Assembly: GCA_028286685.1 (NCBI GenBank)
Contig: JAQBRA010000005.1
Coordinates: 80,726-144,725, forward strand
From: Candidatus Adlerbacteria bacterium
GTDB lineage: Bacteria > Patescibacteriota > Minisyncoccia > Phycocordibacterales > SBAW01
Reading direction: 5' to 3'
DNA length: 64,000 bases
Shown one piece after another: positions 8,697-18,241 of the stretch. Position 1 is the stretch's first letter. The number at the start of each line of letters is the position of its first letter. Under the pieces are notes generated by a model. That model was not told where the DNA came from, ran no database searches, and saw only the letters and a list, made by a program, of their open reading frames with translations. Position numbers and translations under genes: made by a program.

Positions 8697-9143
8697 CTAT
8701 ATTTGGAATCCGCTGCGCGGCGCCGCATCTCCTGCCTGATTGTGGTCTTTTATATTGAGCGACCAGGAGAGGTCCTTGAGCCTGCTTTGAGAGAGTCTGG
8801 GCACTATGAGCGTTGAAGGATCTGCAGCTTTTACTGCTGTGGCTTCCGGTGCAGAAGTCGAGTCGCGCTGCTTCCACAAGTAAAGCTTGTGTCCCAGGGC
8901 GTAGCTGAAGGCGTGCTCAGCGGCCGATATAAGCGGCCTACCGTTGACCTTGTAAAAGGCAAACGCGGTTCCGATGCCTACAGAAAGGCCTACCAAGGGC
9001 AGGGCAAGTATGAGCGGCAGGAGCGTAAAGAAGATGAGCGAGAGCCCTGCTCCGCCGGCCAGGTAGATAAACTGCCGCAGTGTCAGCGGACCAAATATCT
9101 TGTCTTCAACCTCGATAAACTGGGGTACTTGGTACTGAGCCAT
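8697..9143 (-). CDS. PrgI/VirB3-like small two-TM protein
   Basis: MAQYQVPQFIEVEDKIFGPLTLRQFIYLAGGAGLSLIFFTLLPLILALPLVGLSVGIG... This looks like the N-terminal motif and double-TM layout of PrgI-family (VirB3-like) proteins from Gram-positive-type T4SS. Confidence 0.5.
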   Translation of the reverse strand: MAQYQVPQFIEVEDKIFGPLTLRQFIYLAGGAGLSLIFFTLLPLILALPLVGLSVGIGTAFAFYKVNGRPLISAAEHAFSYALGHKLYLWKQRDSTSAPEATAVKAADPSTLIVPRLSQSRLKDLSWSLNIKDHNQAGDAAPRSGFQI

Positions 9144-9168
9144 CCCCTATAGTATATATCCACTTTGG

Positions 9169-9858
9169 TTACTCCACAGGTTCGCGATACGGGTCAGCTT
9201 TGTAATTCTGGGGCAAAGTAGGGTCCGTAGCGGGTGAAGCGGCTGGCGCCACAGCCGGAGAGGGAGACGAGGGCGCAATAGGAGTGCTTACCTTTTTCTC
9301 CGAGAGCATTACCTCGGCGGCCATAAGATCAGGCACTACCGCAGGCTTGGGGCCTACGCTGATAGGGGTTAGTAAGGGCGCAACTGCGACAACTTCCACA
9401 GGAGCTTCGGGGGCTGCCGGTTCCAAGACCGGCTTTGCGGCTGAAGGCATCACGACCTGGGGAGTAGAGGCGGGCTCAGGTTGAGGCACAGATACTGCTG
9501 CCGGCGCGGACGCGGGCAATTCCTCCCCTCCCCTTTTTTTCTCGGCCCACGCCTTCATAGATTCGCGTATCGGCATGAAGATGTCATCTGCAACATCTGA
9601 TGCTATTGCGTCCGCCTGAGCCGGCGTTACAAGCAAAGTGGCTACAAGTTGGTCCACGAACTCCTTTGGCTCTGCAAATCCGAGCATGATTAGTATCGTT
9701 TCGTCCTCCAGGTCCCCTATCTGGTCTATATGAAGTCCCTGCTTCTGGCCGATGGCTTGCACTTTTTTACTCAGATCAACCGACTGAATGGCGTCGCGCA
9801 CGTCTTGAGGGAGTTCGGCAAGTCTCTTTTGTACCTGTGCTTCTAAGTTCTGTTCCAT
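9169..9858 (-). CDS. Hypothetical protein with Pro/Ala-rich C-terminal half (operon member)
   Basis: 229 aa with an acidic helical N-half and a C-half of PAxxP repeats. It is tightly packed in the operon. Confidence 0.45.
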   Translation of the reverse strand: MEQNLEAQVQKRLAELPQDVRDAIQSVDLSKKVQAIGQKQGLHIDQIGDLEDETILIMLGFAEPKEFVDQLVATLLVTPAQADAIASDVADDIFMPIRESMKAWAEKKRGGEELPASAPAAVSVPQPEPASTPQVVMPSAAKPVLEPAAPEAPVEVVAVAPLLTPISVGPKPAVVPDLMAAEVMLSEKKVSTPIAPSSPSPAVAPAASPATDPTLPQNYKADPYREPVE

Positions 9859-9880
9859 AATAATATTATATTAGAACCTG

Positions 9881-12253
9881 TTATTTATTTTCTGCTGGCT
9901 TTCCGTTTCTTGTTTTCTTGATTACGTCCCGTATGGGATTTTTTTTATCTCTGAAGTTAGTTAAGTTTTTGTTTAGCTGTGCGATAGGTTTAAGACTCTC
10001 CTCAAGTTTGGCAGGCATTTCCCCCATAGTTTCTATCAGCTTTCCTACTTGTTCCGCAAGATTTTTCGTTTGTGAATCATGCGGAGTGGATTGAGATGGC
10101 TGAGTTTTCGGCTGATCTTTGGTTTTATCAGTAGGGATAGTAGTAGAGGCTGATGATGCGGGATTTTGCGCCTGTGAGGGATTAGGGATAGTGGTCAGCG
10201 GAGCAGGATGAGAAGAAGTTTCGCCTGAGCCGCCAAGGTTTTTAATAAGATTAAGGATACGCGTTTTGTCGTCCTTAGAGTCGCGCATTTTCGCGGCAGC
10301 CTCCTTATCTCCTCTAGAAATTAAGCCTGGTATGCCTGAACTTCCGATTCCGCCCATATTCTGCCAGCTTAGTTTGTCCATCTTGCCGATAAATTCCTTT
10401 GAGTAGTCTCCTCCCGCCAACTTCTTGGCTTTCTTTATGACCTCTGTCCTATTTATGATCTCACTATAAGCTTTTTTCTTTGCCTTAACTTCCTCTGTAG
10501 TTGCTTCTCCGTTCTTATGGTCTTCCTGTGCATCGGCATATTCTTTTGCCGCTTTTGCTAAGGCATCTTTATCTCCTGAAGACAATCCTCCAAGAGCGTT
10601 CTTGTACGCCTGATCGAGTTCGTAGTCGGACGGTTTTAGGGCTCTTGCCTGCTTCTCGCGCAAGGCAGTCCTTGTTGCGACCGCTCCGGCGTAGCCATCT
10701 TTGCCTCCTGCTTCGGCAGTGTCTATGCCCAACTTCCCAAGCCCGGTACGCACGCCCGGAGCGGCGCGCATGTCAAATGAGCTTTTTCCGATGCCTGTTA
10801 AGGCGCTCTGGAGTAGCCTGCCGGGAGCATACTGAGCGCCTGCGCGTATGGCAGAGCTTTGAGAAAGTGCGTAACCTCCGGCACCAAAGGTGTTGCGAGC
10901 TAAGGCACCAGCACTGCCGAAGGCTGCGCTGGTGCCTGCACGGCCCGCCCATCCGGTAACGGTGTGCGCAACGCCCGCGCCCTGCACGCCGATATATTCA
11001 GATGCCTTGAGCGCGATATAAAGCATAGCCACCACAAAACCGAGCCGGATGCCTACGTTGGCAACCTGGCTAGCTATAAAGGTAAAGCCGTTCAGGTTAT
11101 TAGCTGAGTTGTTAAGGTCGGTCGCCAGGCCGGCCAATATGCCGTTTTTTGTTCCTAACCCAGTCATGACCGTGTTTATAAACAGGAATATAAAGAGGAA
11201 TGCCGCCGGATAAAAGGTATGAGATATAAGCTCGTGCTGCCACCGGTCATACCAGCTGGACACCGAGTCTTTAGGCACTGCCTTGGCGATAAACGCCAGA
11301 GGCGCCGCGATAATAAGGAACCAGAGCACCACTATGCGCACCAAAAACTTGATCCCGACCGCCAAGAACATGGCCGCAAGGATAAAATAGCAGGCACCGA
11401 CCATTATGTAGAGGAAGGACAGGATGATGAATTTCGTGCCAAACCCGCTTGCTTTGGCAAACTGCTGGAAGTTCTTGTCGGCAAAAAGCTCCTCTATACT
11501 AAGCGTCTTCATGATGCCTGCAGTAAGGTCTTTGGTGTGCTCAAAGACGCCATTAGGGCTGAGTTTGCTTGCGATGCCGGCTGCAGCGTTAGCGAGCGTT
11601 CCTGTGTTTGCGCTGGTTTCGCTAACAGTCGACAACATAGTGGGCGCATCTATGGCGTTATAAAACTGCACGGCTAAGATATTGCCTGCGTCGATGACCA
11701 CGCGGGTCAAAAAGAAGCTAAAGTTGATAATGAGCGCGATAAATATCACTCCCGCCAAGAGCCGTATGGTGCCCGGGGTCTCCGCCTGAAACATGATCAT
11801 AAAGGCGATGTAAACCAAGATGAGGATAAAGCCCATGTTGGCCAGGTCGCGTGCGGTGCCCCAGCCTGATGAGAGGAAGTCGAGCGCATAAGCCGAGCTA
11901 TTAAGCGAGAGCGATACTGTCATGTCAAATATAAACCCGCCGACGTAGGCTAGTCCGCTGCCAAGGCCTACCGTAAAGACATAGACAATGTTGGCCAGAC
12001 AGTTGGACATGTCTGAAATTTCGCACTTAAGTCCGTCGCCGGTGTCTTGGCCGGCCGGTGTCTTGCTGGTAGGCGGGGTACCGCTTGCGGTGCCGATTTG
12101 TTGAGCGTGCGCAGACGGAATTGTCAGGACCTGGAAAAAGGGAGAAAAGGTTATCGTCGCTAGTACCAATGCAAAACCCGTCTTGCTGGCGTACTGGAGA
12201 AGTTTTTTTGTAAGATTGGTAGGCACGTAAGTTAGGCGCCAAGGGCGCGGCAC
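9881..12253 (-). CDS. VirB6/TrbL-like polytopic membrane protein with long hydrophilic C-terminal extension
   Basis: 790 aa with a signal-like N-terminus and at least 8 hydrophobic helices over the first 450 aa. The tail is rich in Gly/Ala/Lys and ends in a Ser/Thr/Pro/Gln-rich region. Its size and topology resemble PrgH/TcpH/VirB6. The listed start is GTG. Confidence 0.5.
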   Translation of the reverse strand: MPRPWRLTYVPTNLTKKLLQYASKTGFALVLATITFSPFFQVLTIPSAHAQQIGTASGTPPTSKTPAGQDTGDGLKCEISDMSNCLANIVYVFTVGLGSGLAYVGGFIFDMTVSLSLNSSAYALDFLSSGWGTARDLANMGFILILVYIAFMIMFQAETPGTIRLLAGVIFIALIINFSFFLTRVVIDAGNILAVQFYNAIDAPTMLSTVSETSANTGTLANAAAGIASKLSPNGVFEHTKDLTAGIMKTLSIEELFADKNFQQFAKASGFGTKFIILSFLYIMVGACYFILAAMFLAVGIKFLVRIVVLWFLIIAAPLAFIAKAVPKDSVSSWYDRWQHELISHTFYPAAFLFIFLFINTVMTGLGTKNGILAGLATDLNNSANNLNGFTFIASQVANVGIRLGFVVAMLYIALKASEYIGVQGAGVAHTVTGWAGRAGTSAAFGSAGALARNTFGAGGYALSQSSAIRAGAQYAPGRLLQSALTGIGKSSFDMRAAPGVRTGLGKLGIDTAEAGGKDGYAGAVATRTALREKQARALKPSDYELDQAYKNALGGLSSGDKDALAKAAKEYADAQEDHKNGEATTEEVKAKKKAYSEIINRTEVIKKAKKLAGGDYSKEFIGKMDKLSWQNMGGIGSSGIPGLISRGDKEAAAKMRDSKDDKTRILNLIKNLGGSGETSSHPAPLTTIPNPSQAQNPASSASTTIPTDKTKDQPKTQPSQSTPHDSQTKNLAEQVGKLIETMGEMPAKLEESLKPIAQLNKNLTNFRDKKNPIRDVIKKTRNGKPAENK

Positions 12254-14145
12254 TCTGCAAGCGAAGCGTTGGTTTGTTGGTTGCGGGCGGCAAGTTCTGT
12301 CTGGAGTGTGGTGCGATTCTGCTGCGCAGTGGTTATGTCTGCCTGGGTTAGGAAAGATCCCTGGGCTGCGGCAGACGAAATGGCGGAAGCGGCGGCCGAA
12401 ACCTCCTCGGGCGTTGTTGCAAACATAACCTGCGATTGCATATTTTGTATAAGGCCCAGAGAGGCATTTGATCGGGTTATTTCATCGTTGTAGGCAGTAA
12501 TGCGGACCTCGAGTGCGGTCTGGGCCGAGTCCAGGCTCGCTGCCTTGTCGGCGGCGCTCGCCTGCTGCGATGAGTTGAGCGCGGTTGATGAGGCGGCGGT
12601 GCTCCAGCAGTTAAAGGCCATATTAAGCCCCGACTGCGCACCTTGGATATCGGCAATGCTCCCCTGCTCTACGTTGGCATACTGTCCCGCATAGCCCAGA
12701 TAGCCTTGGAGCTCGCTCAAAAGCCCCTGTGCCTGCGCGCTTGCTGCCTGGTCTATGGCGGGAGTAAGTGGGTTGGTAACGCCAAGCGAATTGCCGAGCC
12801 CGCCGTACAGCGTCTTTATCATCACTTGGTTGGTAAGCGCCCTGATAATGTCATTTATGTTCTGCGACAGGTTAAGTCCCTGTATAGGCGAGGCGAGACT
12901 GGTGTTAAGTGATTGCTGTATGACTTCGCCCGGGGTGGTTACCTTGCAATTACCCTTCGCCACGCTCTCTCCCTTGCTTGCGTCGCACTTCTGGAGCGAT
13001 ATGAACCCGCCCGGAGAGACATTGCGGTTGGCATTGGCCTGCGCATTATTTACGTAGTTACTAAGCTGTCCGTTTATGGAAGAATAAGCGCCAAACTGGT
13101 TATTTGCCGGCGAGGTGGTCATCTGAAGCATCCTACCCCATCCATTTATGTTATTAGTAACTTTACTAAGGGTGCAAGCGGCCCCATTGGCATTATTTCG
13201 GTTAGCGTAGCTCTGCGCCACGGCGATCTTTATCTGCGGCGCAAACGGCGAGCAGAGGAAGGAAAGTGCGGAGCTTTTGAGAAACTCCCCTGCCGCCTGG
13301 TCGGCAACGTTCGCAAAGTACTGGTTAAAGTTGGTAACAAAAGACGGCTTTCCGTTGAAGCCCGAGTTTATCCAGGTAACGATGCTCCGGGTTATCTGGT
13401 CTATGGCAGCCTGCGCAATAGTCTTAACAAGGCACTCTTCGACGCTCTTAAACTTAGTGTTATTGAGCTTTGCGCTCGAATTAAAGTCGAATACGACCAC
13501 GTAGGGTCCGGCTCCAGCCAAGGATTTGGGGCCGTCCGTGGTTGCCTGCAAGTTTCCCGATATCTCGTATGCCAAGTACTGCGCAAGGCACCCGGCTGCT
13601 GCAAGCCCTAGCACAAGCCCTGAGGTACCCAAGCCTGCCGCCTGTGGCGTAGTTGATATAAGAGGAGTGCCGCTAATGCCAGCGGTAGAGTTTATCTGGT
13701 TTATTTCCGCGGCAGTAAAGGCGCGCTCGGTTACGGTCGTGTTGATACCTCCTCCTACCCATGCGGCGCTTTGATTGCCGCCTTGAGAGGAGTTTGCAGA
13801 GCCTGTCTGCGAGTCCGAGTTTGATCCCGAACTTCCCTGCGACCCGGTGTCTATCCCGCTACCGGTTATGTCGATACCATCCAAGCCTCCGGTGTCGGTG
13901 CCTGGGATAGTGGAGGGTGTGTTGCTCGGGTCTCCTGATCCAAGCGAGCCGCTCGGGCCGCGGTCACTCGAGGTGCCAAAGCCGCTTGGGTTTTGGGTGG
14001 TAACAGCCGGTTCCCGGTTAAGGAGCCAGAACCACAATATGCCGAGCAGCGCCAAGAAGAGCAGTGCCCCTCCGATGATGAATATGATCTTCCTGGTCAT
14101 GACAATAGCAGGGCGCCTTAGGATGCGGATAGGAACGTGTCCCAT
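12232..14145 (-). CDS. Membrane-anchored large extracellular protein, Ser/Gly/Thr/Asn/Gln-rich (operon member)
   Basis: 637 aa with an N-terminal TM helix (KIIFIIGGALLFLALLGILWFWLL), a low-complexity S/G/T linker, then a large domain with scattered Cys. No catalytic motif was recognised. An alternative start lies at 14100. Confidence 0.5.
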   Translation of the reverse strand: MGHVPIRILRRPAIVMTRKIIFIIGGALLFLALLGILWFWLLNREPAVTTQNPSGFGTSSDRGPSGSLGSGDPSNTPSTIPGTDTGGLDGIDITGSGIDTGSQGSSGSNSDSQTGSANSSQGGNQSAAWVGGGINTTVTERAFTAAEINQINSTAGISGTPLISTTPQAAGLGTSGLVLGLAAAGCLAQYLAYEISGNLQATTDGPKSLAGAGPYVVVFDFNSSAKLNNTKFKSVEECLVKTIAQAAIDQITRSIVTWINSGFNGKPSFVTNFNQYFANVADQAAGEFLKSSALSFLCSPFAPQIKIAVAQSYANRNNANGAACTLSKVTNNINGWGRMLQMTTSPANNQFGAYSSINGQLSNYVNNAQANANRNVSPGGFISLQKCDASKGESVAKGNCKVTTPGEVIQQSLNTSLASPIQGLNLSQNINDIIRALTNQVMIKTLYGGLGNSLGVTNPLTPAIDQAASAQAQGLLSELQGYLGYAGQYANVEQGSIADIQGAQSGLNMAFNCWSTAASSTALNSSQQASAADKAASLDSAQTALEVRITAYNDEITRSNASLGLIQNMQSQVMFATTPEEVSAAASAISSAAAQGSFLTQADITTAQQNRTTLQTELAARNQQTNASLAECRALGA

Positions 14146-14990
14146 GCCGCGCCCGGTTCGTCCTTAGTAAAAAGTATACCGCCCTTCTTAAGAGCCTCGG
14201 CTATGTTTGTTAATATACGCCCTGCTTCGCCCATAAGCGCCTGGTATTTTTGCAGCGCGGCGACTCCCCGCAGCGGATCGTCTATCGCTTTGCTCATATC
14301 CGGATACGCGGCGGCAATTCCGTAAATGTTCTGCACCACCTGAGAATGGAGGGGCGAGAGCGTTCTAGGTACTTCCAAGGCAGCTAACTCGTCGGCAATG
14401 GCTTTATACTCGCGTCCGATAGGCGCCAGCGCCGCCAATTGGGCAGTATCAGCAGCGCCAGCCATTGCTACGTAAGTTGCTTCGGAGCTAGCTTTTGGAT
14501 GTCCGGCAAAAACTTGCATAACGGCGTTGCCGTAGGCACGCAGCGTAAGATCGGATGATTCGACGAGGGTGAGAGTGGGAGCTTTCGGTGCAATTTGTGA
14601 AGCGTTAATGCGCCCAATTGCCTCGGCGACGATGCTATCTTGGGTCGGAATATCGTCACCGAGGCCTTGTACTCCGGCGTTCGTCAGCCGTACCAGGAGA
14701 CTGCGCCCTATAGAGTCGGTCAAATTGTCGCTTTGAGCGTCTGCAATCAAGGTTTCTATTGTGCCTTGGCTGGGCGTGTCGGGGAGCGATATGCCGCTTT
14801 CTGCCTGTATTTGGGCCAATGCCCGCTCCCATTCGTCGTCCTGGAAGGCATTTTCTGCACTGGCAAGCACTGCCGGTGCGTTTTTTGAGGAGGCGTAGTA
14901 TTGCGCGGCGGCTACCGCTCCCCCGGATATGGCGAGGGCGCCCACAACGACCATGAATTGAGCAGAAGGAAGATACGTACGGACACTCAT
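14118..14990 (-). CDS. N-terminally anchored periplasmic/extracellular protein (first gene of operon; VirB8-like role possible)
   Basis: 290 aa with a TM helix at residues 10-30 followed by an Ala-rich soluble domain. AAGGA sits 4 nt before the ATG at 14990. Confidence 0.4.
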   Translation of the reverse strand: MSVRTYLPSAQFMVVVGALAISGGAVAAAQYYASSKNAPAVLASAENAFQDDEWERALAQIQAESGISLPDTPSQGTIETLIADAQSDNLTDSIGRSLLVRLTNAGVQGLGDDIPTQDSIVAEAIGRINASQIAPKAPTLTLVESSDLTLRAYGNAVMQVFAGHPKASSEATYVAMAGAADTAQLAALAPIGREYKAIADELAALEVPRTLSPLHSQVVQNIYGIAAAYPDMSKAIDDPLRGVAALQKYQALMGEAGRILTNIAEALKKGGILFTKDEPGAAWDTFLSAS

Positions 14991-15014
14991 TTGTCCTTAG
15001 TATATAATGAAAAG

Positions 15015-15389
15015 ATGCATAACCTTCTCCGTGTTCTAGTAGTCTTCAGTATTATCGGTGCTTTTACGGTTCCTTTTTCTGCTTCTGCAATCGCTTTTCT
15101 TCCTTTTGGAGGCCGGGTCGTTACTCCTATTCCCTGCGTGTCAGGAGAAGGACCGTCTTGGTTTATCACTATAGTTCCCTTCGGTCTGCCGGGCACTATT
15201 CCGGTAACATTTATTTGGACTCCTCTTACCCTAACCAGTACGATCCCCCCTATTCCGTCAAAGCCGCCCTATCGCCCTGGGCAGCAATTACTGGGCACGT
15301 ATATTCCAGGAGGATTTCAAATCTGTATGGTAGGCAAGGTGCCCCTGACTGGCTTGAGGATGTTTACGGTAAATACGGAACTCTTTTAA
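15015..15389 (+). CDS. Small secreted Pro/Thr-rich protein, hypothetical
   Basis: An internal ATG at 15015 gives MHNLLRVLVVFSIIGAFTVPFSASA, a signal peptide. 124 aa. It is convergent with rsmA, with a 4-nt overlap. Confidence 0.4.
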   Translation: MHNLLRVLVVFSIIGAFTVPFSASAIAFLPFGGRVVTPIPCVSGEGPSWFITIVPFGLPGTIPVTFIWTPLTLTSTIPPIPSKPPYRPGQQLLGTYIPGGFQICMVGKVPLTGLRMFTVNTELF

Positions 15390-16135
15390 CTAGCCGCCAG
15401 CGCGAGCCAAGCTTCAAGCAGCACATCCTCGGCGCGCGCCTTGGCGGGTATGCCGGCTTCTTCTAGGTGTTGCATATAGCCAGCGCCCAGCAGTTCTTTT
15501 AGGTTGCTCGCGAGCAGTTTTCTTTTCTGCCCGAAGCCTGTGCGCAGGAGTTCAAAAAACCGCTCCTCGTCCTTTTCGCTTTTAAAATTGCTACGGGAAA
15601 TGCCTGAAATAAGCAGGATAGCCGAGTCGACTTTGGGCGGCGGCACGAACGCGCCCGCCGGCACGGTCTTTATATAGGAAGGGGTGCCGTACGCTTTTAT
15701 TGAAAGAGAGAGAATGCTTTCTTTTTTGCTGCGCGCGATGCGCTCGGCGACTTCCTTCTGTATTAAGAAAACTAAAGATGATGGCTGGTTAATGCCCGAT
15801 AGAAACTTTTTAAACAGCGCGCCGGTAATGTAGTACGGGATGTTGCCGACTACTTTGTAGTTCTTAAACGCGGGCTCGTACTCCAGGGCGTCGCCTTCTA
15901 TAACCTCGAACTTTTCTCTGGAGAATTTTTCTTCCAGTAAATTTATGAGCCGGGAATCTTTTTCAAGCGCGACTACTTTTGCTCCGCGCTCAAGCAGTAC
16001 TTGGGTCAGTGCGCCTTCGCCGGGACCAATCTCGAGCACCATGTCCCCTTTTACAAGATTGGCCGCATCAGCCACCAAGTTAAGGTAGTGCTTATTGTGC
16101 AAAAAATGCTGGCCGAGTGATTTTTTCTTCTCCAT
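15386..16135 (-). CDS. rsmA: 16S rRNA (adenine1518/1519-N6)-dimethyltransferase
   Basis: SLGQHFL, VLEIGPGEGALT and VVGNIPYYIT motifs. Confidence 0.85.
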   Translation of the reverse strand: MEKKKSLGQHFLHNKHYLNLVADAANLVKGDMVLEIGPGEGALTQVLLERGAKVVALEKDSRLINLLEEKFSREKFEVIEGDALEYEPAFKNYKVVGNIPYYITGALFKKFLSGINQPSSLVFLIQKEVAERIARSKKESILSLSIKAYGTPSYIKTVPAGAFVPPPKVDSAILLISGISRSNFKSEKDEERFFELLRTGFGQKRKLLASNLKELLGAGYMQHLEEAGIPAKARAEDVLLEAWLALAAS

Positions 16136-18033
16136 TAGTCTAAGTATATGGTCTTGCCCAGCTTCTCCGGGGTTTCGGCAAACAGGAGCTCGCCCGGCAG
16201 CTCCTGCAGGAAGGATGAGGCGGTACGCATGTCGAGGTTACCGAATACGGTGCGCATCATTGCAAACGAGAGGTACAGTTTTTTCTCTGCACGGGTAATA
16301 GCCACATACATCAGTCGGCGCTCCTCCTCTACCCCGCTCGAGGCGTCCTCCTCTCTCGCGTACGGGAACAGTCCTTCCTCGAGCCCGACGATAAACACAT
16401 ATGGAAATTCCAGGCCTTTGGCGGCGTGCACGGTCATAAGCCGCACGCGGTTCTGCTCCTCTTTTATCTCGTCCTGGTCGCTCGCCAAGGCAGCGCTCTC
16501 CAGGAACTGCTCAAGTCCTTCTGGTACTGGCAATGCATCGTAGCGGCTCGCCAAGGACACAAGCTCGGCGAGGTTCTCCAGCCGCTCTGCGCCCTCGATC
16601 TTATCTTCCTTGAACGCTTTCTCCATGCCGCTCTCCACCACGACCATGCGCACCAGTAGCGATGGCTGCAGTGCCTCCGCGCTCCTGCGGATTTTCTCAA
16701 GCAATGCGCGCATGCCGCCGATGCGCTCGCGCATCTTCAGCGGCAGCGCCGCTTCCTGCCCCGACAATATTTTTACCTTGGTTACTTTGCCTATGCCGGG
16801 CAGGGTGTCGATGACGCGGCCCAAGTCGGCCGGCGTTTCCTGTATCGCCGCGCGTATAAAAGAAAGCGCGTCCTTGACCTCTTTGCGCTCAAAGAAGCGC
16901 GTGCCCAGCACCTGGTACGGTATGTCCGCTGCGAGGAGCTTCTCTTCCAGTGCGCGCGATTGGAAGTTGGCGCGGTACAAAATGGCGATGTTCTGGCACC
17001 GGGTCCCCTCCTGGCGCAGCTCCGCTATCTTGCGCGCCACAAAGAGCGCTTCGTCTCCCCCGTCGCCCGCTATATATAAGGAGATGGGCGCTCCCGCTTC
17101 CTTACCGGTAAACAGGTTCTTAAACGGCCGGTTCTGGTTGTTAGAAATCAGTTCGTTGGCCGCATCGAGTATGTTCTTAGTCGAGCGATAGTTCTCTTCC
17201 AAGAGGACTGCGCGCGCCTGCGGATACTTTTTCTCAAAGTGCAGGATGTTTTCTATCTTGGCGCCCCGCCATCCGTAAATGGTCTGGTCCGGATCGCCCA
17301 CCACGCAGATATTCTTTTTCGGTCCTATAAGCATCTCGGCCAGGTGCTCCTGCACCGCGTTGGTATCCTGATATTCATCTATATGTACGTAGCGCCAGCG
17401 CTCCTGGTAGTGCGCCCGAATTTCGGGATGCTTTTTCAGGAGCTCGACCGCGCGCAGCAGCAGGTCGTCAAAGTCCACTGCGCCGTCCTCGCGCAGGGTC
17501 TTCTCATACAGCGCCCAGGCGCTGGCGATAGTCCGCTCCCTGAAGCTGCCGGCGGTCTCGGTGTATTCGCCCAAAGATATCCCCTCTCCCTTGGCGCGCG
17601 ATATGGCGCCCAAGACCATTCGGGGCTCAAACTCTACCTCGCCTACGGCTTTGATGGCCGCCTTTATCTCGCGCAGGCAGTCCGCCCGGTCGTAAATTGC
17701 CGGGGTGCGCTTGTACCCCAGGAGCTTGGCATGCTCCTTTATAATAGACAGCCCTAGCGAGTGAAAGGTCGAGACAAAAGGCGTTCCTCCCCCTGCCTGG
17801 CCGTATTCGGCCAAGAGTGCGGCCACCCGCTGCCGCATTTCCCCCGCCGCCTTGTTGGTAAAGGTGATAGCCAGGACCTCCTGGGGCTTAGCCCCTTGCC
17901 GGATAATCTCCAAAATTCGGTGGGCAATGACCCGGGTTTTGCCTGCTCCGGCTCCGGCCAAGACCAGGAGCGGTCCGTCTATTGCCAAAACAGCCTCTCG
18001 TTGCGCACTGTTTAAACCGTCGAGATGGTTCAT
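16135..18033 (-). CDS. pcrA: UvrD/PcrA-family ATP-dependent DNA helicase
   Basis: AGAGAGKTRVIAHR Walker A, DEYQDTN, and a VGDPDQTIYGWRGA motif. TAATG overlap with rsmA. Confidence 0.85.
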   Translation of the reverse strand: MNHLDGLNSAQREAVLAIDGPLLVLAGAGAGKTRVIAHRILEIIRQGAKPQEVLAITFTNKAAGEMRQRVAALLAEYGQAGGGTPFVSTFHSLGLSIIKEHAKLLGYKRTPAIYDRADCLREIKAAIKAVGEVEFEPRMVLGAISRAKGEGISLGEYTETAGSFRERTIASAWALYEKTLREDGAVDFDDLLLRAVELLKKHPEIRAHYQERWRYVHIDEYQDTNAVQEHLAEMLIGPKKNICVVGDPDQTIYGWRGAKIENILHFEKKYPQARAVLLEENYRSTKNILDAANELISNNQNRPFKNLFTGKEAGAPISLYIAGDGGDEALFVARKIAELRQEGTRCQNIAILYRANFQSRALEEKLLAADIPYQVLGTRFFERKEVKDALSFIRAAIQETPADLGRVIDTLPGIGKVTKVKILSGQEAALPLKMRERIGGMRALLEKIRRSAEALQPSLLVRMVVVESGMEKAFKEDKIEGAERLENLAELVSLASRYDALPVPEGLEQFLESAALASDQDEIKEEQNRVRLMTVHAAKGLEFPYVFIVGLEEGLFPYAREEDASSGVEEERRLMYVAITRAEKKLYLSFAMMRTVFGNLDMRTASSFLQELPGELLFAETPEKLGKTIYLD

Positions 18034-18241
18034 ATACCTAAAGTAGCGCGAAAACCCTTAATTTACAACCATTTTTCGGGATTTTATCCCCTTTTTATGC
18101 ACAGAGTTCATAATCGTTGGTTGACGTGCCAATTCATGCTGGCTACAGTTACCTATGTGCTGGGAGGGAGCTTAAATTTGGCTCAATAGAGCCATTTTTT
18201 AGCGGAATGACGCAGAAATCACGTTAAAACTGCCTCAAGTT

